Translations under genes and position numbers: made by a program
Assembly (NCBI GenBank): GCA_964621075.1
Contig: CAZUKV010000008.1
Coordinates: 1-33,051, forward strand
Direction of reading: 5' to 3'
Source: an uncultured bacterium
Lineage (GTDB): Bacteria > Macinerneyibacteriota > Macinerneyibacteria > Macinerneyibacteriales > Macinerneyibacteriaceae
DNA length: 33,051 nt
The notes under the pieces: model-generated
Seen by the model: only the letters and a program-made list of their open reading frames with translations
Database searches by the model: none
Told to the model about the DNA's origin: nothing
Shown: positions 18,162-25,965 of the stretch, in pieces
How the letters are laid out: every line of letters begins with the position of its first letter
Position numbering within the stretch: the first letter of the stretch is position 1

Positions 18162-18200
18162 ATATTAGCACAAATTAATAATAATTTAAATTATTATTAA
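18162..18200 (-). promoter_or_regulatory. tnaA promoter region: extended -10 (TGcTAATAT) plus a perfect 26-bp A/T palindrome at the -35 region
   Basis: Minus-strand TGCTAATAT at 18170-18162. The palindrome TTAATAATAATTT|AAATTATTATTAA at 18175-18200 overlaps the tamB-like stop codon (18197-18199). Confidence 0.35.
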
Positions 18201-21200
18201 TATTTATATTTGAATTTTAAATCAATATTATATTTTAAATCTCCCTCTTTTTCAACAGCCCCCGATTCAATTGATATATTGTTATTAAAATAATAAATTA
18301 GATTTAAGCTTCTTCTTTCACTTTTAATATATTCATCTTTATATAAAATATAAAAATCTTCCTGTAAATATTTTCCAATCTCTACATCTAAATATCGATC
18401 TTCCTCTGTTAATAAATTTCCCCTTACATTTAATATATCCAAATCAATACTCGATTTGATTGGTTGTGTAATTTCCCTTTGTAAAAAATGTGTCGCAAGC
18501 TCTCCAGCTTTTTCTCCAATAAAATTTTCATTCTGTAATTCATCATAGGTATAATTAAACAATAATAAAGATACAATATCATTTTGATTTAGATTAGGAT
18601 TATCACTATAAAGATTTACATCAGGAGAATCCGCATTACCCACAATACTCAAAAATATTGTATTTTCTCCTTCATAAAAAACAGAACTTTTTGCTAAAAT
18701 ATCTACAGTAATATCTCCTCCTTCAGTATTTGGAAAATTAATCACACCTTTCTGGATTTTAAATGGAACCGTAAGATAATTTAAATTCCCTTTAATTGCC
18801 TCAAGACTCCCGCCTAAATATATTTTATCACTCCCATGATCATTTCTATAATACATATCAGCTTCAAATTCAATATCTGCATTTTCATTTTTTAACCACA
18901 ATCCTTTATCTGAAGTTATATGTAAATTTAAAGATTTATCTACCGGATATCCGGATCCTCCGGCTTTTAATAACCTATCAACTGATTCATTTACAACACC
19001 ATTTGGAAGGAATAATTCTCCTTCAATTCTGCTAATTTTATTTTTTCTAATTAAATTGATTTTCCCATCAACTAAACCTGAGTAATATGAAAATTCGGGA
19101 AAGTATACTTTATCAAAATTGATTGTAAATTTTTGTGTATTATTAGAAAAAATATCTAATAAATACCCATAAAATTCAACTTTTCTATTATTTTCTGAAA
19201 AACCAATAAACTTATCTATTGTTAACTTATTATTCTGTAATGACGCATCTCCCTGAACTTTTGAAAGATATAAATTACCAAATTGATAAACAGCAAGATC
19301 TGTATCAAAAACTTCTACATCAGCATCAATAAGAAGAGTGTCTTTATATTTCAATTTAAATGGACCTTTAAAATATCCTGATACAACAGAAACAGCATCA
19401 GTAAAAGGATTTACAAGAAATGATGAATACATTTTGTTAAAAAATATATTAACTGTGGATTCTTCTAATTTTAAATATTTATCATTTATATCAAAATTAA
19501 TCATGCCATTGATTGAATTCTTAACATTATCAACAAAAAATGATGTATTATCTAATTTATAACCTTTATTATCAGTATACTCTGCATTAATATATAAATT
19601 ATTATATTCAACCGTATTTAACTGAAAAGTATTAGCCTGCAATTTTGGTATTGAAACATTAATTTTTGATTCAATATTTTCACTACTAAAAGAATCATAA
19701 AACATTTCAAATGAAAGATCGCCCTGAAGATCATTAATAAAAGAAAAATAGTTTGCAAAATTATCTAATTTTAAATCACTTTTTATGTCAAATTTTAATT
19801 TTTTGAAACTATATCCTGTTTCAAGATTAAGATTGAAATTATCATCCTCCCCTTTTATAACAAAGTTATCCATTTTGAAAATATCCCTGTTTGTTTTAAT
19901 TTTATCAATTAGAAAAAGATATTTATCATTTTTTATAGAAAATTTGTTATTAAACTTATTAACAACCCAGTATTTTTCATTTTTTTCGGCTTTAAAATTA
20001 AATGTAATTTTATTTTCTTCATTGATATAAAATTCTGTATCATAAGAATGAAATATTCCCTTTTCATGATCATAATTTATTTTAATTTTTCCACTTTTAA
20101 AAAAATCAGAATTAAATAATTTCATTTTAGAAAATAGGAAATTAGCTTTTATTTGATTTTCGTAGGAAACATGAGAGGTAAAATGATCAATTTTAAAATA
20201 ATTTTCATAACTAATATCTTCTCCCTTTAAATATCCAATAAATGATAAGCCTTCTTTTTTCGATTTATCAATAATCCCCTGAAAATCGATAGTACCAGAA
20301 ATCTCTTTTTTGTTATATATCTTACCAAGATTAATTTTATCCAGATTCAATTTTAAACTGTATGATTTATTTAAATAATAACCATCAAATTCTACTTTTC
20401 CCTTACCGACTTCAGCATAAGCTTTTTTTATTTCATAAAGACTTTTTTCTTTATTAAAATTTAACTTGCCATTTTTAATTTTTTCATTAGAAAGTTTACC
20501 ATTTAAATTTTGAAGAGAAACACTTCCTTTAAAATTTTCCCAATTATTTCCATAACCATCAATACTCAAATTACCATTTAAACTACTTTTATAATCTATT
20601 CCTTCAATTAATTCTGTGATGTTAATATTTTTAAAAATAAAATCTCCTTTAAAATTCTTCTGTCTTCTAAAATCAAAATACAAATTCCCCTCTAAAATAC
20701 CATTTTTCCATAAAAGATTTATATTTTTAACATCAGCATATTCCGGACTAAAAGTAACATTATACCTGCTATTGTTTACCTTGATATTTTTATACTGTAC
20801 ATTTTTTGTATTTATATTACCGTTGAAAACTGGTGATCTAATATTACCAGTTATAACACCTCTACCGGCTAATTTACCCATAAAATTTCTATTAATAAAT
20901 TTTAAAGGGAATGAATTGCTAACAAGTTGAAGATTCAATTTGTCTTCATTAATCTTTCCATCGATTTTGTAATTTAAAATATTATCACTATAAAATAAAT
21001 TTAGTTTATAATTATTATTATTTTTTTCAACTAACCCTTTATCAATTCCAAATTCTCTATTCTTATACTCAAATTTGGAATTATTAATTTCAAAAAATGT
21101 TTTATTTTTTTCGGTATTTAAAGATGCTTCCAAATTTTCTATTTTAAAATTGTTTTTCCTGTTTTTTATAATAATATATGAATCTTTAATATTAATATTA

Positions 21201-21592
21201 CTAACATCGATTTTAATTTTTCTCTTTTTTCCATTATTTTTTATTATCAAAAAATTAAAATCTTTCTTATAAAGAATCGCACTATCCACATCTATATTAT
21301 AAAATTTTATATTATCTCCTGATAACAAAGATATCGGAGATATAGAAACCCCTGCTTTTTTTATAATTGAATTATTTCCAATAAGTACATTATTAAATTC
21401 TAATTTGAAAGGAAAAACATAATTAATATTTTTCTGATTGGTTTTTATTCCATATTCTTTGAAAAATAAATTTAAATAATTATTAGTTATATAATTTTCG
21501 ATATTGAAATATGACACAAAAAAGAAAAATATAGAAATAATAATTAATATAAACAATAAATCATATAATATTGTTTTTAATAATTTTTTCAT
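18197..21592 (-). CDS. tamB: TamB-like translocation and assembly module protein (AsmA/DUF490 family), N-terminally anchored, Asn/Lys-rich
   Basis: 1131 aa. It has a single N-terminal TM helix, a long beta-rich repetitive body, and sits 2 nt downstream of the TamA-like Omp85 gene. This is the classic tamA-tamB arrangement. Confidence 0.6.
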   Translation of the reverse strand: MKKLLKTILYDLLFILIIISIFFFFVSYFNIENYITNNYLNLFFKEYGIKTNQKNINYVFPFKLEFNNVLIGNNSIIKKAGVSISPISLLSGDNIKFYNIDVDSAILYKKDFNFLIIKNNGKKRKIKIDVSNINIKDSYIIIKNRKNNFKIENLEASLNTEKNKTFFEINNSKFEYKNREFGIDKGLVEKNNNNYKLNLFYSDNILNYKIDGKINEDKLNLQLVSNSFPLKFINRNFMGKLAGRGVITGNIRSPVFNGNINTKNVQYKNIKVNNSRYNVTFSPEYADVKNINLLWKNGILEGNLYFDFRRQKNFKGDFIFKNINITELIEGIDYKSSLNGNLSIDGYGNNWENFKGSVSLQNLNGKLSNEKIKNGKLNFNKEKSLYEIKKAYAEVGKGKVEFDGYYLNKSYSLKLNLDKINLGKIYNKKEISGTIDFQGIIDKSKKEGLSFIGYLKGEDISYENYFKIDHFTSHVSYENQIKANFLFSKMKLFNSDFFKSGKIKINYDHEKGIFHSYDTEFYINEENKITFNFKAEKNEKYWVVNKFNNKFSIKNDKYLFLIDKIKTNRDIFKMDNFVIKGEDDNFNLNLETGYSFKKLKFDIKSDLKLDNFANYFSFINDLQGDLSFEMFYDSFSSENIESKINVSIPKLQANTFQLNTVEYNNLYINAEYTDNKGYKLDNTSFFVDNVKNSINGMINFDINDKYLKLEESTVNIFFNKMYSSFLVNPFTDAVSVVSGYFKGPFKLKYKDTLLIDADVEVFDTDLAVYQFGNLYLSKVQGDASLQNNKLTIDKFIGFSENNRKVEFYGYLLDIFSNNTQKFTINFDKVYFPEFSYYSGLVDGKINLIRKNKISRIEGELFLPNGVVNESVDRLLKAGGSGYPVDKSLNLHITSDKGLWLKNENADIEFEADMYYRNDHGSDKIYLGGSLEAIKGNLNYLTVPFKIQKGVINFPNTEGGDITVDILAKSSVFYEGENTIFLSIVGNADSPDVNLYSDNPNLNQNDIVSLLLFNYTYDELQNENFIGEKAGELATHFLQREITQPIKSSIDLDILNVRGNLLTEEDRYLDVEIGKYLQEDFYILYKDEYIKSERRSLNLIYYFNNNISIESGAVEKEGDLKYNIDLKFKYKY

Positions 21593-21594
21593 TA

Positions 21595-23337
21595 TTAAAA
21601 CATTTGTCCTAAACTAAAATATATCAGAGATCCTTTATCAGTTATTTTTTTAGCATAACCAACTCTAAAAACTAATATTGATATTAAATATCTGAATTCC
21701 AATCCTGTAGAATATTTAATATTAGTCAAATTAAATTCCCTGTTTTTTCTAAAACCCTTCCCTCCATCTAAAAATAATTCAACCCATAGATTTCTGTATA
21801 ATTTTATTCTTTCAGCTAAATTAAATACATAAGAGGAGTAAAAATTATCCCCTATTCCACTGTAATTATATCCCCTTATATCATAAACTCCACCAAGTGA
21901 AATTAGTTCATCATATGGAACTAATAATTCATTATTAAACTCAAAATATTTTTTATAATTTAAATGGAGCAAAGTGATAAATTTATTTTTATATAAATTC
22001 TTATAAATTGCAGATTCAATATTATGATAATAATATCGCCAATCCCCACCAATAAAACCACCAGATAAACGATTATAAAAAGAAATATAAAGACTATCAT
22101 TAACAGGATTAATTTTTCTTTTTATATTATCAAAGTACACTTTTGCAATAATATTATTTGCAGTTAACCATTTATCAATATTTTCTTCAGCTTCCTCAGT
22201 TTCTATTTCCTCATAAAAAGTTAATTTTTTTTCATATCCCAGCTGTAGAGTAAAATCTTCAGAAATTTCTTTGATTAAATTTGACTGAAAATATATTTTA
22301 CTGTTTTTACTTTTTGAATCCTTTTCAAATTCCATTCCTATTGAATTATTCAAATCTAGTTTTTTAAATAAAAACCATTTTTTAATTAAACTAAGATCCA
22401 GATTAAATTTATAAAAATCATTCTCAAAATCATATTCATTTTCATTGTTTAATTTTACAACAAGAAGATTATTTAAAAAATTATTATTCCCCCATTCAAA
22501 TCCCAATCGTGTTGTTGCAGGTGTGGTGTATCCAATATTCATACCAATCCACTTAAACTTGTCTTCCTTAACATCAAGAAAAATATCTATATTGTTTGAA
22601 TCAGTTTCATAATATTTTATTGAAAGATCACTGAAAACATTTAATTTATAAAGTTCTTCTTTAAACTTGATAACTTTGGATTTTGAAAAAAGATCCCCTT
22701 TTTCAAAATTTTTTCTTCTAAATATTGCTTTTTCTTTAATATTAGTTAAACCAGAAATATATAACTGTCCAAAGTAATACTTTTCTCCCGGTTTTACTTT
22801 AATTTTTATTATTTTTTCAAAATCGTTATCCGAGATATCTTTAATATCTACAACCGGTTTAAAAAAGCCCTTGTTATTCAATTTATTAATAATCTCTGAT
22901 TTTATAGTGTTGAGTTTGTTTCTTGTATACCTGGAAGATAAATATTTTTTTACAATACTGTCATACTGTTGATCTGCAATTATTTGTTTTAAAAAAGACT
23001 GTTTACCTTCAAAAATTTGATATTCTATGAATACCTTTTGATTCTTTATACTATATTTGGTAGAAATTTGTTTGTTAAAAAATCCATTTTCTTCATAAAA
23101 TTTGTTTAACTCAGCTATATCTTCCTGCAGTATTGAATTATAAAATAAATCCCCTTTTTTTAGCTTTAATCTATCTTTTAATTTTTCCTCTTTAAAATAA
23201 TTATTTCCAATTATAGTAATATTATCTATTTTATAATTTTGAGAAAAATTTAATGTGATAAAAAAAAAGAGAATAAGGGGGAATAACAAAACCCTTAATA
23301 AGTTATAGTTTTCCCCGCTTTTATACATTTTGTACAA
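21595..23337 (-). CDS. tamA: Omp85-family outer-membrane protein (TamA-like: POTRA domains plus a 16-strand barrel, C-terminal Phe)
   Basis: 580 aa as called by the track (TTG start). There are POTRA-like repeats (..NITIIGNNYF..KGDLF.. ; ..FGQLYISGLTNIKE..) and a C-terminus ..VGYAKKITDKGSLIYFSLGQMF. The true start may be the ATG at 23328 or the TTG at 23289, just after the rpmB stop. Confidence 0.68.
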   Translation of the reverse strand: MYKMYKSGENYNLLRVLLFPLILFFFITLNFSQNYKIDNITIIGNNYFKEEKLKDRLKLKKGDLFYNSILQEDIAELNKFYEENGFFNKQISTKYSIKNQKVFIEYQIFEGKQSFLKQIIADQQYDSIVKKYLSSRYTRNKLNTIKSEIINKLNNKGFFKPVVDIKDISDNDFEKIIKIKVKPGEKYYFGQLYISGLTNIKEKAIFRRKNFEKGDLFSKSKVIKFKEELYKLNVFSDLSIKYYETDSNNIDIFLDVKEDKFKWIGMNIGYTTPATTRLGFEWGNNNFLNNLLVVKLNNENEYDFENDFYKFNLDLSLIKKWFLFKKLDLNNSIGMEFEKDSKSKNSKIYFQSNLIKEISEDFTLQLGYEKKLTFYEEIETEEAEENIDKWLTANNIIAKVYFDNIKRKINPVNDSLYISFYNRLSGGFIGGDWRYYYHNIESAIYKNLYKNKFITLLHLNYKKYFEFNNELLVPYDELISLGGVYDIRGYNYSGIGDNFYSSYVFNLAERIKLYRNLWVELFLDGGKGFRKNREFNLTNIKYSTGLEFRYLISILVFRVGYAKKITDKGSLIYFSLGQMF

Positions 23338-23483
23338 GCAAAAACTTTCTTTTTTTGGCCATCAACTTCTATTGTAACCTTCTGTAAATTAGGTTTAAAT
23401 CTTCTTCTTGTTCTATTATTTGATTTACTAACTTTATTTCCAATCATAGAACTTTTTCCACAAAAATAACATTTTTTAGCCAT
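23295..23483 (-). CDS. rpmB: 50S ribosomal protein L28
   Basis: 62 aa, MAKKCYFCGKSSMIGNKVSKSNNRTRRRFKPNLQKV..; the SD AAGGAGG is 7 nt upstream. Confidence 0.9.
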   Translation of the reverse strand: MAKKCYFCGKSSMIGNKVSKSNNRTRRRFKPNLQKVTIEVDGQKKKVFACTKCIKAGKTITY

Positions 23484-23508
23484 TCTTCTTACCTCCTTAA
23501 GCAGAAAA

Positions 23509-23536
23509 ATAATATCATATTTTTAAATTAAATCAA
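23509..23536 (-). promoter_or_regulatory. Candidate promoter for rpmB-tamA-tamB
   Basis: Minus-strand TTGATT (23536-23531), 16 nt, TATTAT (23514-23509), in the 68-bp gap after the serS stop. Confidence 0.3.
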
Positions 23537-23551
23537 GCAGTTTATGTGTAT

Positions 23552-24838
23552 TTATACCAATCTTTTTTCTCCCTGCATATATGGTCTTAAAATTTTAGGG
23601 ATTGTTACAGACCCATCTTTATTCTGATTTTGTTCAATTATAGCTGGAAGCAGCCGACTGGTTGCTAATCCTGAACCATTTAATGTATGTACATTAAAAT
23701 TTTCATTCATTTCAGAATTCTTATATCTAATGTTCCCTCTTAATGCCTGAAAACTACGTGCATTAGAAATTGAACTAATTTCTTTGTATATTTTCATACT
23801 CGGAATCCAAACTTCAATATCATATGTTTTAGACATTGCAAAACTAACATCACCAGCAGCAAGTTTTGTTAATCTGTAATGCAGCCCTAATGCCTGGACC
23901 AGACTTTCCGCTTTACTCACCATTTCTTCAAATGCATTATCTGAATTTTCGGGTTTAGTTAATTGAAACATCTCAATTTTATTGAATTGATGTCCTCTAA
24001 TCATTCCTCTTTCTTCTTTTCTATAACTGCCGGCTTCTTTTCTATAACAAGGAGTAAAGGCAAAATATTTTCTGGGAAGTTGTTTCTCAGACATAATTTC
24101 ATTTCTATGTAAATTAACAAGAGCAGTTTCAGCTGTAGGTAGTAAAAATTGCTCCTCATTTTCTTTATCAGCTATAAAAAAAACATCATCTTTAAATTTT
24201 GGAAATTGACCTGCAGTAAAACCACACTTATTTAATAAAATATGAGGTGGTAAAATAAATTCATAATTATCTTTTACATGTTGATCTATAAAATAATTTA
24301 ATAATGCCCATTCCAATCTTGAACCATTATTTTTATAAATCCAGAATCCATTACCTCCAAGTTTAGCTCCTCTCTCATAATCAATGAGATTGAGATTATC
24401 AGCAAGTTCTACATGATCCTTAAATTTAAAATCAAAAACGGGTTTCTCTCCTTTTACATGAAGGACTTCATTATTAGATTTATCTCCTGAAGGTACATCT
24501 TTATCAGGAATATTTGGTATATAATAAAGAATATTATTAATTTTCTTTTCAAGGTCTTTTATTTTTTTGTCATTATCAGAAATATTTTTATTCATTGAAG
24601 ACATTTTATCAATAATTTCATCTGCTTTTTCGTTTTTTCCTTCTCTTTTAAATTTACCTATAAGTTTGGACTTTTCATTTTTTTCATGTTTAAGCTTGTT
24701 ATTTTCTGTTATTAGCTCTCTTTTTTTATCATCAAACTTTAAAATTTTGTTAAACTTTTCTTCATAATCAGAATTTCTTTTTTTCAGTAAATTTACATAC
24801 TCTTCTTTGTTTTCTTTTAATTTATTAATATCAATCAT
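23552..24838 (-). CDS. serS: Seryl-tRNA synthetase
   Basis: The N-terminal coiled-coil arm and the class II core are present (..GFTPCYRKEAGS.. ; ..FNKIEMF.. ; ..GSGLATSRLL..). The track starts at the ATG at 24850, but that ATG is the AT of an atGGAGG SD. The ATG at 24838 (MIDINKL..) is the likely start, and it lies 2 nt after the M15 peptidase stop. Confidence 0.9.
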   Translation of the reverse strand: MIDINKLKENKEEYVNLLKKRNSDYEEKFNKILKFDDKKRELITENNKLKHEKNEKSKLIGKFKREGKNEKADEIIDKMSSMNKNISDNDKKIKDLEKKINNILYYIPNIPDKDVPSGDKSNNEVLHVKGEKPVFDFKFKDHVELADNLNLIDYERGAKLGGNGFWIYKNNGSRLEWALLNYFIDQHVKDNYEFILPPHILLNKCGFTAGQFPKFKDDVFFIADKENEEQFLLPTAETALVNLHRNEIMSEKQLPRKYFAFTPCYRKEAGSYRKEERGMIRGHQFNKIEMFQLTKPENSDNAFEEMVSKAESLVQALGLHYRLTKLAAGDVSFAMSKTYDIEVWIPSMKIYKEISSISNARSFQALRGNIRYKNSEMNENFNVHTLNGSGLATSRLLPAIIEQNQNKDGSVTIPKILRPYMQGEKRLV

Positions 24839-25562
24839 TAAAACCTCCAAAATTATCTACAACTTCCAAAAACTCATATAAATCATTTTTAAAATTATAA
24901 AATACAATTTTTGCTGATTTTTTCCCGATAAATCGATAATGCCATGGTTCAAAAATATATCCACTTTTTTTGAAACTATTTTCGGGATATGACAAGATAA
25001 ATCCAAATTTGTAGCTGTTATTCTTGAGCCATAAAAACTCTTCACTCTCTTTAAAATCACTTTTAAAGGAATTTAAATCAACAGCAGTTCCCAGCTGGTG
25101 TTCAGAATGTCCCTCTTTAGCTGATATTTTCTCAGTATACTCTTTTCCATATTTTTCTATATAATAGTTATGTAATGATCTCTGATACTCATAGCTTCTA
25201 TATCCTGACAGTATATTTAACTTAACACCATCCTTTTCTGCAGATTCAATCATATTTATTAGATTAGGTTTTACAATATTTTTAATAAATATCTTTTTAG
25301 AATTTTTACAGTATTTATCTGGAATTTTAACCAGCATATCAGGAGTATAACTCTCATCTAATCCCTTTTTTTTATTTATTAATTTTAATAGTATAAGATC
25401 TTTTTTATTTAAATTTTTCAAATGATTTATAACTTCAGGTATATTTTTTACATTACGTATTTTTAATTTATTAGCAATGTTGATATTAAAACCCTGGATA
25501 TAAACAATATTTAAAAGTATTATAAAAAAAATAATTATAAATAAAAAATTTTTTCTTCTCAT
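24831..25562 (-). CDS. D-alanyl-D-alanine carboxypeptidase, peptidase M15B (VanY-like), secreted
   Basis: 243 aa. Signal peptide MRRKNFLFIIIFFIILLNIVYIQG. VanY/M15 motifs: SGYRSYEYQ, HSEHQLGTAVDL, EPWHYRF. Confidence 0.8.
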   Translation of the reverse strand: MRRKNFLFIIIFFIILLNIVYIQGFNINIANKLKIRNVKNIPEVINHLKNLNKKDLILLKLINKKKGLDESYTPDMLVKIPDKYCKNSKKIFIKNIVKPNLINMIESAEKDGVKLNILSGYRSYEYQRSLHNYYIEKYGKEYTEKISAKEGHSEHQLGTAVDLNSFKSDFKESEEFLWLKNNSYKFGFILSYPENSFKKSGYIFEPWHYRFIGKKSAKIVFYNFKNDLYEFLEVVDNFGGFND

Positions 25563-25607
25563 AATGCAGAAAAATTATATATTAACAGTTGAAAATTACA
25601 AGATATT

Positions 25608-25644
25608 TTTGAAAAAGTCCACCGGCATAAGAGTTTGCCGGTGG
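25608..25644 (-). terminator. Rho-independent terminator of the efflux operon
   Basis: Perfect 9-bp GC-rich stem CCACCGGCA / TGCCGGTGG (25619-25627 / 25636-25644) with an 8-nt loop. On the minus strand it is followed by ACTTTTTC, and it lies 7 nt after the stop of the PII-like gene. Confidence 0.7.
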
Positions 25645-25650
25645 GTATGT

Positions 25651-25965
25651 TTATAATTTATTTTCTTTTTGATGTCTTGTGATATTTTCAACATTTTCAA
25701 CAAAACCTACAATACCTTCATTTGGTAATTCTTCTCTCAACTTATTAATTTTTTCAAGTATTTTTTTACTGCTTTTTTCATCACAAACAATTACCATCAT
25801 CTGATTTTTGCCAGGCCAGACATGATTGTCATATCTTGGATTGGTAGTTAATCCCTTACCATACACTGTAGGAATAATTGAATAAGCTTTTACACCTAAA
25901 TCTTCTACACCATTCTTCATTTCTTCGAAAATTGTTGCTGAATAAATTATACTTACTTTCTTCAT
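25651..25965 (-). CDS. Small PII-like (GlnB-fold) protein of the kind found next to RND pumps (PII-NG / DUF3240-like)
   Basis: 104 aa. The sequence suggests a beta-alpha-beta-beta-alpha-beta pattern (MKKVSIIYSATIFEEMKNGVEDLGVKAYSIIPTVYGKG..). Its ATG overlaps the RND permease stop as ATGA (25962-25965). Confidence 0.45.
   Translation of the reverse strand: MKKVSIIYSATIFEEMKNGVEDLGVKAYSIIPTVYGKGLTTNPRYDNHVWPGKNQMMVIVCDEKSSKKILEKINKLREELPNEGIVGFVENVENITRHQKENKL

Noticed and set aside
18135-18200. tnaC-like leader peptide or attenuator in front of tryptophanase; the 26-bp palindrome as a tamB terminator
   Set aside because: The gap is only 62 bp, with no short Trp-containing ORF. The palindrome is pure A/T with no trailing T-run on the minus strand, so it is more likely an operator than a terminator.
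23262-23270. A9 homopolymer inside the TamA-like N-terminal coding region, as a phase-variation tract
   Set aside because: The tract is short and lies within a Lys-rich signal-peptide region of an AT-rich genome. Without population data there is no evidence of a frameshift.
24839-24850. Upstream ATG (24850) as the serS start
   Set aside because: That ATG is part of the atGGAGG SD for the ATG at 24838. Starting at 24838 removes the overlap with the upstream peptidase gene and gives the typical MIDINKL.. SerS N-terminus.
24831-24850. T-box leader upstream of serS
   Set aside because: serS abuts the preceding gene, with no ~200-300-nt leader.
24857-25060. 67-aa minus-strand ORF nested in the M15B peptidase gene
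   Set aside because: It is an alternative frame inside a gene with clear VanY/M15 motifs, with no SD and no conservation signal.
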